A program made the position numbers and the translations under genes. Source: a virus (Duplodnaviria > Caudoviricetes). Taken from it: a stretch of DNA of 37,520 nucleotides. The stretch lies in IMG/VR virus record IMGVR_UViG_3300038675_000290, positions 1 through 37,520 of that record. One strand, written 5' to 3'. Position 1 is the stretch's first letter. Every line of letters begins with the position of its first letter. This document shows, piece by piece, positions 9,075 to 18,595 of the stretch. The notes beneath the pieces were generated by a model that saw only the letters and a list, made by a program, of their open reading frames with translations, ran no database searches and was not told the origin of the DNA.

Positions 9075-9389
9075 ATGCAAGATTGGTACAATGAGGTGAC
9101 GGAGGATGACCTGACAGATTCGCACCGCAAGTTTCTTGAAGTCCTGGGCGTGCAGGACATCCTGGCCTTATGTGACCACTACGGCGGCGCGAACACCTAC
9201 GTCCCCAAGAACGACGAGGTGTACAACCGGGTGATCAGGAACCGGGAAATCCGCAACGCGTACCGTCGAGGCGTCAAGGTCGCCCGCCTGGCCATCCAGC
9301 ACGGGATCAGCGAATCCACGGTGACCAGGATCGTCAGAGGCTGCCTGCCCAACCAGATCAGCCTTTTTGATGAAGGAACGGGTAAATAA
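9075..9389 (+). CDS. mor: Mor/C-family transcriptional activator
   Basis: LCDHYGGANTYVPK...RNREIRNAY...LAIQHGISESTVTRIV; last gene of early region. Confidence 0.9.
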   Translation: MQDWYNEVTEDDLTDSHRKFLEVLGVQDILALCDHYGGANTYVPKNDEVYNRVIRNREIRNAYRRGVKVARLAIQHGISESTVTRIVRGCLPNQISLFDEGTGK

Positions 9390-9430
9390 ACGTCATGTGA
9401 CGGATTTTTGACGCTTTGGAAACTCTATAC

Positions 9431-9467
9431 AATTCAACCGTGGATACAACCACGGTTGAATTTTTTT
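9431..9467 (+). terminator. terminator of early operon
   Basis: 13-bp perfect stem AATTCAACCGTGG/CCACGGTTGAATT ending in T7. Confidence 0.8.
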
Positions 9468-9488
9468 ATACCTGCACAGGAGGCCGAC

Positions 9489-9872
9489 ATGAGCGAATGG
9501 CTGCAATGGGGGATCAATCTGCTGGTCGTTACGGCTGTCGGCCTGATCGGTTTTTTCGCCAAACGGACGCTGACCCAAATCGACGCCCGGCACGAGGAAG
9601 CCGCCAAGCGGCTGGAGGAGCAGCAGCGCAAGAGCGAGGAGAAAATCCTCAAAGAGCTTGAACGCTTCCGCGCCGACAACGATTCGCGGCATCAAAAGAC
9701 CGAGCTGCGCATGGAGCGCGTGGAGGATCGGCTGAACAAGACCCTGCAAGAAATGCCGACCATGTACACCCTGCGCGAGGACTGGCTCCGCACCAGCAGC
9801 GACATCGCGCGCAAGCTGGATAAGATAACGGACATTTTGATCAATGGAGGAGGCAGACGCAGTGAAGAATGA
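9489..9872 (+). CDS. TM plus coiled-coil protein at start of late operon
   Basis: AGGAGG RBS, ATG 9489; N-terminal TM; YTLREDW motif as in Mu-like gp25-position genes. Confidence 0.75.
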   Translation: MSEWLQWGINLLVVTAVGLIGFFAKRTLTQIDARHEEAAKRLEEQQRKSEEKILKELERFRADNDSRHQKTELRMERVEDRLNKTLQEMPTMYTLREDWLRTSSDIARKLDKITDILINGGGRRSEE

Positions 9873-10176
9873 CACGGCCCTGGAGATCACCAGGCGCAAG
9901 AAGGCGCGGGGCGCTGTGCTTGGGCTGCTGGACGAGAGCTACCCCACCGGCGTGGCGTACACGGTCATGGAGCGGATTCTGGCCGACGCAGGCAAGGCGC
10001 GGCCCCATGAGCTGCCGGGTATCGTAAAGTACCTGGAGGACAAGCAATACATCGCCGTCACCGTGCCCGAGGAGCCGGAACTGAAGCCGCTGGCCAATGG
10101 CGTGATCGAGCTGCGCGCGCACGGCATTGACCTGATGGAGAACAGCATCCCGGACGATCCCGGAATCATTTTTTAA
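9862..10176 (+). CDS. Mu gp26-position winged-helix-like protein
   Basis: GGAGGAGG RBS, GTG; VKYLEDKQYI...LRAHGIDLME...DPGI; precedes DUF3486. Confidence 0.7.
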   Translation: MKNDTALEITRRKKARGAVLGLLDESYPTGVAYTVMERILADAGKARPHELPGIVKYLEDKQYIAVTVPEEPELKPLANGVIELRAHGIDLMENSIPDDPGIIF

Positions 10177-10179
10177 GCC

Positions 10180-10761
10180 ATGAGCGAGAAGCGCACCCGT
10201 ACCCGCGTGCGCTGCCTGGTCGATGAACTGCCAGAGGACGTGCGCGCAGAGGTTGACGAGTTACTGGCCGACACCAGTAACGGCTATGTGGCTATATCCG
10301 CCTGGCTGGCACAGCAAGGGTACAACATCAGCAAATCCTCCGTGGGGCGGTATGCCCAGCGCAACGGCAAGCTGGCCCAACGGCTGCGGGAGATCAGGGA
10401 ACAGGCGCAGGAGTACGCCAGGCTGATCGAGGAGAACCAGGAGATGGACATCGCCAAGGTGGCCAGCACCATCTACCTGCAAAACCTCATGCGCCGGGTG
10501 GTGGAAGCTGGCGATGACGAGTACGGCACCATTGAGCTGAAGGACGCGGGCGACCAAATCTCCAGGCTGCTGCGCACCCACGTGTACGAAGGGCGGTACG
10601 CCCAGCAGCGGCAGGGCGAGATCGAGAAGGCCACCGAGCTGGTGCTCCAGCAGCTGCGGGCCGAGCTGGTGAACGATCCCGACACGCTGGCGGCAATCCA
10701 GCGGAAAGTACAGGAATCACGGCAGCGTGTGGCTGCCGATCAGGGGGGCGTAGGCAGATGA
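10180..10761 (+). CDS. DUF3486 / Mu gp27-like putative small terminase
   Basis: VDELPEDVR...ISAWLAQQGYNISKSSVGRY signature. Confidence 0.85.
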   Translation: MSEKRTRTRVRCLVDELPEDVRAEVDELLADTSNGYVAISAWLAQQGYNISKSSVGRYAQRNGKLAQRLREIREQAQEYARLIEENQEMDIAKVASTIYLQNLMRRVVEAGDDEYGTIELKDAGDQISRLLRTHVYEGRYAQQRQGEIEKATELVLQQLRAELVNDPDTLAAIQRKVQESRQRVAADQGGVGR

Positions 10762-11246
10762 AAAGCTGGCACGCCCTACACGTTCTCACGGGGGCCGAGT
10801 TGGACGTGCTGACGGCGGTGCGCGGCCTGGGCATTACGGCGATCGTACCCATGGAGATGCGCCTGGAGAGGCGCGGCGGGAGGCTGAAGGAGCGCCTGCA
10901 CATCTATGTGCCTGGGTATGTGCTGGTAAACCTAGAGCTGACGCCGGGCGCGTACTACGCGGTCAAGGCGACGCCTGGGGTGATCCGATGGCTGGGCGGC
11001 GGGCACCCGGACACCATCCCGGACGAGCAAATGCGGATCATGCTGGCGCTGTCCGCCCACGGCGAAACCATGAAGCCTGCCAAGGCGGCCCGCTGCGGCG
11101 GCCGCAGCGAAATCACCAGCGGCCCGCTGCGTACCCTATCCCCCAAGATCGTGTCGGTGGACGCGCGCAACGGCCGCGCCACCATCGCGGTTTCCATGCT
11201 CGACCACCAGTACCACGCAACGGTATCCATTCAAATCCAGCCCTAA
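10758..11246 (+). CDS. NusG-paralogue (LoaP/RfaH-like) antiterminator
   Basis: NGN domain (WHALHVLTGAE, YVPGYVLV, TPGVIRWLGG) and KOW-like ITSGPL...VDARNGRATIAV. Confidence 0.85.
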   Translation: MKSWHALHVLTGAELDVLTAVRGLGITAIVPMEMRLERRGGRLKERLHIYVPGYVLVNLELTPGAYYAVKATPGVIRWLGGGHPDTIPDEQMRIMLALSAHGETMKPAKAARCGGRSEITSGPLRTLSPKIVSVDARNGRATIAVSMLDHQYHATVSIQIQP

Positions 11247-11254
11247 GCAACGCG

Positions 11255-11365
11255 GCGCGTGATTCGCTCCGCACGCGTTCAACGGGACGATCATAGCCGG
11301 GCGAAATCGCACCGCAAACGAGCGGAAGCGAATGGCGAAGCGCGTCTGCTTGACGCGTTTTCGCC
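11255..11365 (+). ncRNA. candidate structured cis-RNA leader
   Basis: Several stems and a loop complementary to downstream sequence (see findings); no family recognised. Confidence 0.45.
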
Positions 11366-11370
11366 CGCAC

Positions 11371-11402
11371 TACCGCACCCAGGAAAGGGGGCGGTATTTT
11401 TT
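11371..11402 (+). terminator. intrinsic terminator before terminase
   Basis: TACCGC-a-CCC...GGG-g-GCGGTA followed by T6. Confidence 0.65.
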
Positions 11403-11527
11403 GCGCCCCTGGTAGCCGCTGTCGCCGTTTCCCGGCGCAGACGGGCAACAGGAGGGGCGCGCGCGTCAAACGCGTTTAACGGGCCTTTCTGTCGCGCACG
11501 CAGCCTATCGAAGGGAGGTGGAAAACT

Positions 11528-13000
11528 GTGGCACGCAATATCCTGGAAAAAGTGCTGCCCGAGGGGTACAGCAGCGGCAAAATCATCGCGGCAAGGGAAA
11601 ACTTTTGGGACTACTGCAAGCTGATAAACCCGCGATTCTTCCGCGACGAACGCCACCACCTCAAAGAATTGGCCGACACGCTGCAAGCGCTTGATGAGGG
11701 GAAGCTGGTCGCGCCCGATGGGAGCGTGTGCAAGCGGCTGGCCATCAGCGAACCACCGCGCCACGGCAAAAGCTACACAATGACCCTATTCAATCAGTGG
11801 GCCTTTGGCAAGAACGCGGAAAACCGGATCATAAACGTGTCGTATAACGAAACCCTTTCCTCGCGCTTCAGCAAGGGCGTGCGGGATGGAATAGACGCCA
11901 CGAAAATCGACCCCAAGTTCACGATCTTCGCCGACGTGTTTCCGGGCGTCAAAATACGCTACGGCGACGCGGCGGCGCAAATGTGGAGCCTGGAGGGCAG
12001 TTATTTCTCCTTTTTGGGCGCTGGCATGGGCGGCACGATCACCGGCGTGGGCTGCAATAAGCTGATCATTGACGATCCGATCAAAAACCACATTGAAGCC
12101 AACAACGACACGGTGCTGTCCGATCAGTGGGAGTATTACACCAACACGCTGCTGTCCCGCGTCGAGGAGGGCGGCATCATCATCATCATCATGACGCGGT
12201 GGAACACCCGCGACCTGGTGGGCCGCGTCCTCGATGCGGAGCCGGGCAAATGGCACGTCCTGAACCACAAAGCCTGCCTCGACGAAAAAGAGGGCACCAT
12301 GCTGTGCCCTGACCTCCTGTCCTTCGAGAGCTACCAAGCCAAGAAAAAGCTCACCAGCCCGGAGATATTCGAGGCCAACTATCAAAACACCCCGATCGAC
12401 GCCAAGGGCAGGCTCTACGCTGGGTTTGTGACCTACGACAAGCTGCCGGAGGTCGGCCTGGACGGCAAGCCGCCCGTCAAGCATGTGACAGCGTATGTGG
12501 ACACGGCGGACACCGGTGCCGACTACCTGTGCGCCCTGGTCGCCAACCGGATCGACGGCGAGGGCTACATGCGCGACGCCCTGTACACGGACGAGCCGAT
12601 GGAGGCCACGGAGCTGGCCGTCGCCCGGATGCTGTACCAAAATGCCGCCGACGAGTGCTACATCGAAAGCAACAACGGCGGCAGGGGCTTCGCCCGCGCC
12701 GTCGAGCGCATCCTGTGGCAGCGGTACAACTGGCGGCGCACCACGATCATATGGGTGCCCCAGCGTCAGAACAAAGAGGCGCGCATCCTGACGGAAAGCG
12801 CCTTTGTGCAGACGCACATCTACATGCCGACAGACTGGGCCACCCGCTGGCCCATGTACTATAACGCCATGCGCAACCATCAGCGCAAAGGCAAGAATGC
12901 GCACGATGACGCCCCGGACGCCAGCACCGGCATGGCCGAGGTCATCCAGCGCGGCGCATCCATGCGGCAAAAATTCTTCAGCGGAAGGGGGCGGCGGTAA
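11528..13000 (+). CDS. terminase large subunit
   Basis: Walker A PPRHGKS, Walker B LIIDDPIKN, nuclease YVDTAD, IESNNGG, HDDAPDA. Confidence 0.95.
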   Translation: MARNILEKVLPEGYSSGKIIAARENFWDYCKLINPRFFRDERHHLKELADTLQALDEGKLVAPDGSVCKRLAISEPPRHGKSYTMTLFNQWAFGKNAENRIINVSYNETLSSRFSKGVRDGIDATKIDPKFTIFADVFPGVKIRYGDAAAQMWSLEGSYFSFLGAGMGGTITGVGCNKLIIDDPIKNHIEANNDTVLSDQWEYYTNTLLSRVEEGGIIIIIMTRWNTRDLVGRVLDAEPGKWHVLNHKACLDEKEGTMLCPDLLSFESYQAKKKLTSPEIFEANYQNTPIDAKGRLYAGFVTYDKLPEVGLDGKPPVKHVTAYVDTADTGADYLCALVANRIDGEGYMRDALYTDEPMEATELAVARMLYQNAADECYIESNNGGRGFARAVERILWQRYNWRRTTIIWVPQRQNKEARILTESAFVQTHIYMPTDWATRWPMYYNAMRNHQRKGKNAHDDAPDASTGMAEVIQRGASMRQKFFSGRGRR

Positions 13001-14506
13001 ATGCTGCTGATCCATAAGAGCTGGATCAAGGACGAGTTGGGCGTGCTGTTCGGCAATCGCGTGGTCGATCAGATCACGAAGATTAACCGGCTGTACGACA
13101 TATACGACGGCACCGGGCAATCCTGGCCGGTGGCCGGTGACCTGGAGTATACGCCAAACCGCACGATCACCAACCTGATCAAGAAGCTGATCAAGGCCGA
13201 GGCGCGGTTCATGGTATCCCGCGCGCCCGAGATCAAGCTGGTGCCGGAGCAAAGCGAGGACGCCGACGCGGCCGCCGAGATTGAAAAGTGGCTCACCGGC
13301 GTGCTGAACGGCACCAGCTGGCAGCGCAAGCTGATCCAGGCCGCCCGCGATTGCTTCATCGGCAAGCGCGTGGCCATGAAGATCAGCGGCGGCAGGGACA
13401 CCCCGCTGCGCATCGACTTCCGCCCCGCCCAGGAATTCGTTTTCGACACAATCGAGGACGATACCAGCAGCCTGCGCAAGATCATATTCTTCTATCAGGT
13501 AGACACCGGCGCGGAGGAATACGACCACGAAAAGCAGCGTATATGGCGGCAGCGGTATGAGCTGGAGAACGGGCGCTGTTACCTGGACGAGGGGCTGTTT
13601 GACGGAAACGGGCGGCCGGTCAATATTGTATACGAGCACCACGACACGGGGCTGGACAGCATCCCCTGCCGGGTGATCATCAACGACGGCCTGACCGGCG
13701 ACCTTGAAGGCGAAAGCGACGTGGAGCTGCTGCTGGACAACCAAGCCACCTACAACAAGCTGAACAGCGACGATGCCGACGCCCTGCGCTTCAATATGTT
13801 CCCAATGCGCTACGTCAGGGACGCGACGGCCGAAAGCGTCAAGGCCCTGGTGATCGCGCCCGGCGCGCTGGCCGACCTGGCATCCGATCCGAGCCAGACC
13901 GGAAGAACCGCCGAGATGGGCATCATCGAAAGCGACTTTAATTATGATGGCAGGATCGAAAACCGCCTGAACCGCACGAAGAACGACATGTACGAACTGC
14001 TGTCCATCCCGAACATCAGCCTGGAGCAGCTGAAGGGCCTGGCCCAAAGCGGGAAGGGCATCGACGCCATCTACCGCGACCTGATCGCGCGGTGCGAGGA
14101 GAAGTGGGCCGAGGGCTGGGACGATGCGCTGCGCTGGATGGTGGAAATGCTGATCAAGATGGCGCGGACGTATGGTGCGGCCGCCCTGCCTGAAATCCCC
14201 TACAACATCACGATCGACCACCTGTACCCGATCCCGGACAGCGACGAGGACGAGCGCCTGAACGACATGGCCGAGGTGCGGCACCAGGTGCGCAGCCGCA
14301 GCAGCTACATCCAAAAGTGGCAGCCTGGCGGGGATGCGGACGGCGAGCTGGCACAGATCAAACAGGAGCAGGCGCTGCTGGAAGATGCCTATGCCGGGGC
14401 GATCCGCGACGAGCTGGCCGCCGCGCCGCCTAAAAACGAGCAAAAGGCGGTAACTGAAACGGAGGCGTCCGAAGCGGACGTTACGGAAGTGATCCGCAAT
14501 GGCTGA
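13001..14506 (+). CDS. portal protein (SPP1 gp6-like)
   Basis: 501 aa immediately after terminase; NDGLTGDLEGESDV, SGKGI motifs. Confidence 0.85.
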   Translation: MLLIHKSWIKDELGVLFGNRVVDQITKINRLYDIYDGTGQSWPVAGDLEYTPNRTITNLIKKLIKAEARFMVSRAPEIKLVPEQSEDADAAAEIEKWLTGVLNGTSWQRKLIQAARDCFIGKRVAMKISGGRDTPLRIDFRPAQEFVFDTIEDDTSSLRKIIFFYQVDTGAEEYDHEKQRIWRQRYELENGRCYLDEGLFDGNGRPVNIVYEHHDTGLDSIPCRVIINDGLTGDLEGESDVELLLDNQATYNKLNSDDADALRFNMFPMRYVRDATAESVKALVIAPGALADLASDPSQTGRTAEMGIIESDFNYDGRIENRLNRTKNDMYELLSIPNISLEQLKGLAQSGKGIDAIYRDLIARCEEKWAEGWDDALRWMVEMLIKMARTYGAAALPEIPYNITIDHLYPIPDSDEDERLNDMAEVRHQVRSRSSYIQKWQPGGDADGELAQIKQEQALLEDAYAGAIRDELAAAPPKNEQKAVTETEASEADVTEVIRNG

Positions 14507-16271
14507 CGAATTCACCCGCAGCCAGGATCAGGCCCGCAAGGAACTGCTCCAGACCATCGGCGACACCGACCGGGAGATCGCGGGCATCTACAGCCGGGCG
14601 TCCAAGGATATGACCGCGCTGGCGAATTCCCAGCGGCACGGCAGCCTGACCGAGCGCTGGCAGCGCGACATGGCCGCATCCCTGTCCGAACGCGTTCAAC
14701 AGCTGAACGGCGACGTTTTAACGGCTGTCATCGGCGCGTCCGGCCAAGCGGCGCAGCTGCCGGGCGGCGCGCACGCGGATTGGCTGGGGCGAGTGCTCCA
14801 GCGCGCAACCGGCAGCCAGAACGGCGGCGATGCGTTCCGCTCCGTGATGACTAGGACGAGCGACGAGGCGCTGCGCGCCGTCGTGACGGGGCAGGCGTAC
14901 CTTGACGGCAAACGCCTATCCTCCCGCATTTGGTCGCACGGTGGGCGCTTGCAGGGCGGGATTGATGAAATCCTCCGCCAAGGCATCGCCCAAAAGAAAA
15001 GCGCCTATCAGCTGGCCAAGGAGCTGGAGGCGTATGTAAACCCCGGCGCGCGGGAGGATATGGACTGGCGCAAGGTATACCCCGACCTGCCCGCGTGGCT
15101 GTCCGACCGCTGGACATCCGTCGAGAAGAATTCGCAGCGTCTGGCCCGCACGTCGATCAACCACGCCTACCACATCGCGATGAAGGAAGCAGCAGCCGCG
15201 AACTACTTCGCCAAGGCGATCCACTGGGCGCTGTCCCCCAACCATTACGAGCGTCAAATCCTGCCGTTTGGCGCGGACGTGTGCGACGATTACGCCGCGC
15301 ACGATGAAGGGCTTGGCGCGGGAAACTGGCCGATCGACAAGGTGCCCCTGCCCCATGCGATGTGCCTGTGCTCACAGTATGCCGTATCGTCCAAAGACCT
15401 GGAGGGCTGCGCACGCGAGCTGAAGGACTGGCTGGACGGAGGCAGCAACCCAGGGCTGGATGATGCGTTCGGCGCGTGGAAGTCGGCCTTGCAGGCTGAC
15501 GGATCAACGGCTACAATATCACCTATGGATCATACGGCCGCCGATCAGCGCGTGCGGCAAATGGAGGCCATCATCGGTCAGGACTGGGCGCAGGGCCTGA
15601 CGATACCCGACCGCGAGGCCGTGATGCAGGTGTTTGAGAACGCGACCGACGAGGAGCTGCGGTTCTGGCAGCGGCATGGCGACCTGGTGCGCGGTGACTT
15701 CTACAATCGCACCGTTGGCGCGCATTATCAGCCGACCACCAAACGGATCACCATGGACATCAGCAAGCCGCGCGGCGAGGATAAGCGGCTGAAGCAGAGC
15801 AAGGCCACCACGACCTTCTTCCATGAAACCGGCCACCTTTTCGACTGGCAAGCCTTCGACGGCACGCGACTGCAAGACGCGCTGGGCGACTTCGACGCGA
15901 CCCTGGAATCCGACTACCTGGCCCGCGCGAACAAGCTGCTGGATGCTGCCGGGGAGAAACCGATCACATCCCTGGCCCGTCTAAGCGTTACACAAAAGCA
16001 CGTTCTGACCCAAGACCTCTATACCGACCGCGATCTTAAATCCAACATATCCGATATAGTCGGCGGCCTCACGAACAACCGGCTGACCAACGGCTGGGGG
16101 CACTCCGCAGATTACTGGAAGCGGATGTCCCCCAAGGTTGAAGCTGTCGCCGAAATGTTCGAGGCGCAGATGATGAAGGGTGAGCGCCTGGAGGTCATGC
16201 GCGAATACTTCCCCACGGCATACGATCAATTTGTGCAGACCATCAAGAAGCTGGAAGGAGGTGGGACATAA
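14499..16271 (+). CDS. MuF/gp7-like minor head protein with C-terminal HExxH domain
   Basis: LSSRIW, RLARTSINHAY, DVCDDYA, PHAMCLC MuF motifs, then ~260 aa extension with FFHETGH. Confidence 0.85.
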   Translation: MADEFTRSQDQARKELLQTIGDTDREIAGIYSRASKDMTALANSQRHGSLTERWQRDMAASLSERVQQLNGDVLTAVIGASGQAAQLPGGAHADWLGRVLQRATGSQNGGDAFRSVMTRTSDEALRAVVTGQAYLDGKRLSSRIWSHGGRLQGGIDEILRQGIAQKKSAYQLAKELEAYVNPGAREDMDWRKVYPDLPAWLSDRWTSVEKNSQRLARTSINHAYHIAMKEAAAANYFAKAIHWALSPNHYERQILPFGADVCDDYAAHDEGLGAGNWPIDKVPLPHAMCLCSQYAVSSKDLEGCARELKDWLDGGSNPGLDDAFGAWKSALQADGSTATISPMDHTAADQRVRQMEAIIGQDWAQGLTIPDREAVMQVFENATDEELRFWQRHGDLVRGDFYNRTVGAHYQPTTKRITMDISKPRGEDKRLKQSKATTTFFHETGHLFDWQAFDGTRLQDALGDFDATLESDYLARANKLLDAAGEKPITSLARLSVTQKHVLTQDLYTDRDLKSNISDIVGGLTNNRLTNGWGHSADYWKRMSPKVEAVAEMFEAQMMKGERLEVMREYFPTAYDQFVQTIKKLEGGGT

Positions 16272-16489
16272 TGCGCACCGAGATGACCGAGCAAGAAAAG
16301 CGGCTTTTTGATGTGTCCATGCGATACGTGGATCGCTTTGGGGACGATCAGCTGCTGCCGCTGATGGAGCTGCCGCCCGAGATGGCCGACCCGGAATTCC
16401 AGATCGAGCTGTACGAACGCTGCCTGGTTGAAGGCGTGCCTGCGGGCACGCTTGTGCCGGTCAAATCTGACCCCGCCGCGATCTACTGA
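16271..16489 (+). CDS. small acidic protein, candidate immunity
   Basis: 72 aa, GGAGGT RBS, TAATG overlap with MuF stop. Confidence 0.65.
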   Translation: MRTEMTEQEKRLFDVSMRYVDRFGDDQLLPLMELPPEMADPEFQIELYERCLVEGVPAGTLVPVKSDPAAIY

Positions 16490-16504
16490 CCCCCACCGAC
16501 AACT

Positions 16505-16528
16505 AGCGCCCTTCAGGGGGCGCTTTTT
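16505..16528 (+). terminator. intrinsic terminator inside head operon
   Basis: AGCGCCC...GGGCGCT followed by T run. Confidence 0.65.
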
Positions 16529-16560
16529 GAATGCAAAAATATGGGAGAGGAGACAACGCA

Positions 16561-17097
16561 ATGAATGAAAACGAAAACACCGCCACCGCCGCCGTTGATA
16601 CCTTCGGGGCTGCCGGAACCGCCGCCGCTGAAGCCCAAGCGCAGGAAAATGCGCCCGCGCAAGCGCAAGCCCATGAAGCAGCGGCTGAAACCGCTGCCCA
16701 GGAGAATCTGACGGGCGAGGGAACCGGCACGGAAGCCGAAGCCGCCAAGGCGAAGGAAGAAGCGGAGGCCGAGGCCACGCCGCCCGATCCCTCCGCCGAG
16801 CTGGCCAAGAAGCTGGAAGCCGCCGAACAGCGGCTGCTGGGCAGCATGGCCGAGGCCGCCGCCCTGAAGCTGGGCGTCAGGCCGGAACGCATGAAGCACG
16901 CGCTGCGGCTGGCCGACCTGTCCGGCATCGACTCCGCCGCCGAGGACGCGGCCGCCAAGATCGACGCGGCGGTGAAGGCCGTGCTGGACGAGCTGCCCGA
17001 ACTGGCGGGCGGCGCGCAGGGCACCGGCAGCCCCGGCGCATTCCAGCGGCAAAGGGAGCCGCAAAAATCGCCCTTTGAAAAAGGGCTTGAAGGGTAA
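16561..17097 (+). CDS. capsid scaffolding protein
   Basis: Ala/Glu-rich, GAGGAG RBS, directly upstream of major capsid. Confidence 0.8.
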   Translation: MNENENTATAAVDTFGAAGTAAAEAQAQENAPAQAQAHEAAAETAAQENLTGEGTGTEAEAAKAKEEAEAEATPPDPSAELAKKLEAAEQRLLGSMAEAAALKLGVRPERMKHALRLADLSGIDSAAEDAAAKIDAAVKAVLDELPELAGGAQGTGSPGAFQRQREPQKSPFEKGLEG

Positions 17098-17109
17098 AGG
17101 AGGGGCACC

Positions 17110-18219
17110 ATGGCTATCAATTACGCGGATAAGCACGCGGCCAAGATCGACGAGGTATTCGCGGTCGCGTCGATCACGGAAAGGGCTGTCAATAAGGACT
17201 ATGACTTTGTTGGCGTCCGCACCGTGAAGGTTCATTCCGTCCCCACCGTGGGGATGAACGACTACAAGCGCACCGGCAGCAACCGCTACGGCACGCCCGA
17301 GGAGCTGGGCGACGAAGTTCAGGAGCTGACCATGGGCCAGGATCGCTCGTTCACCTTCACGGTGGATAAGGGCAATTCGGAAGAAGATCAGGCGCTGAAC
17401 GCGGGCAAGGCCCTGAAGCGGCAGATGGAGCAGGTCATCGTTCCCGAGATCGACCGCTACCGCCTGGCGCGCATGGCTGCGGGCGCGAAGTTCACGCAAA
17501 CCGGCGTGGTCACCACGTCGAATGCCTACGAAACCATTCTTGACCTGAACGGCAAGATGGACGAGGAAGGCGTGCCCGCCGCTGGCCGTATTGCCTATGT
17601 CAGCACGGCGTTTTACAAGTTCCTGAAGCTGGATGACAATTTCATCAAGGCGTCGGACATCGCACAGAACATGCGCATCAACGGCCAGCTGGGCGAGGTG
17701 GACGGCGTGGCCATCGTCAAGGGCATGGGCCGCCTCCCCAAGGGTGTGGACGTGCTGATGGTGCATCCCGTGGCCACCACGTCCCCGCACAAGCTGGCCG
17801 AGTACAAGACCCACATCGACCCGCCCGGCATCAACGGCCAGCTGGTCGAGGGCCGCAACTACTTCGACGCCTTTGTCCTGGGCAAGAAAAAGGGCGCGCT
17901 GGCTGTGCATCGCGGCACGCTGCTGGCCCTGACCGTCACCAACGAAGCCGGGGGCAGCGGCAAGACCAAGTTCACGGCGGTGAACGGCCGCCTGGGCGAG
18001 CTGGGCACCGAGATGGGCGTGCTGGTGTACGTGATCGCCGCAAGCCCCGCTGCCATCGCGCTGGGCGCGGACATCTCCGACACCTCCGCCTACCCCGCGC
18101 TGACGCTGGACGCCGAGATCGCCGCGACGGCCGGGCACAAGTACATTGTCGCCCTGAAGGATCAGAACGGCCTGTGCATCGGCACCAGCGGCGCGGCGGT
18201 CGCCTGCACGATCGGCTAA
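17110..18219 (+). CDS. major capsid protein
   Basis: MAINYADK..., QDRSFTFTVD, VPEIDRYRL, GQLGEVDG, LVEGRNYFDAFV; ~95 aa C-terminal beta extension. Confidence 0.9.
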   Translation: MAINYADKHAAKIDEVFAVASITERAVNKDYDFVGVRTVKVHSVPTVGMNDYKRTGSNRYGTPEELGDEVQELTMGQDRSFTFTVDKGNSEEDQALNAGKALKRQMEQVIVPEIDRYRLARMAAGAKFTQTGVVTTSNAYETILDLNGKMDEEGVPAAGRIAYVSTAFYKFLKLDDNFIKASDIAQNMRINGQLGEVDGVAIVKGMGRLPKGVDVLMVHPVATTSPHKLAEYKTHIDPPGINGQLVEGRNYFDAFVLGKKKGALAVHRGTLLALTVTNEAGGSGKTKFTAVNGRLGELGTEMGVLVYVIAASPAAIALGADISDTSAYPALTLDAEIAATAGHKYIVALKDQNGLCIGTSGAAVACTIG

Positions 18220-18328
18220 ACGCCCCGGATCAACTGAATCAACATGCCAGGCCACCGTGGCGGCCGCGCCGATCGGCGCGGTGCAGCGCGGCGGCCTGGT
18301 GAATTCATGCCCACAAAGGAGGTGCCAC

Positions 18329-18577
18329 ATGAGCGTAACCACCAACAACTACTCCACCACGCAGCTGCACGGCGACATCGTGGACGGCCAGCAGCAGAAG
18401 GTGATGCTGAACGCCTCCATCCGCGACGGCAAGTACCTGAATCTTCAGGTCGAGGTGCTGGACGCGTCCTATGCGGCCGCCAACGCGCAGGCGGTGAACG
18501 AGGCCGTGGCGGCATTTATTCGCCAGGCGTGCGCTGCCGCTTCGCAGGCCGGGGTGCCTGCCGCGCTGGACGAATGA
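18329..18577 (+). CDS. hypothetical protein
   Basis: AAGGAGGT RBS, ATG 18329. Confidence 0.7.
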   Translation: MSVTTNNYSTTQLHGDIVDGQQQKVMLNASIRDGKYLNLQVEVLDASYAAANAQAVNEAVAAFIRQACAAASQAGVPAALDE

Positions 18578-18595
18578 CGAAGGGAGGGATGCCGC

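Noticed and set aside
12174-12192. (ATC)n run in terminase
   Set aside because: In-frame IIIII beta-strand before the TRW coupling motif; ordinary coding sequence
11786-14515. 909-aa minus-strand ORF (also 16513..18348 and 33385..35463)
   Set aside because: Antisense shadows of terminase/portal, capsid and endolysin genes caused by GC-rich third positions; no recognisable motifs
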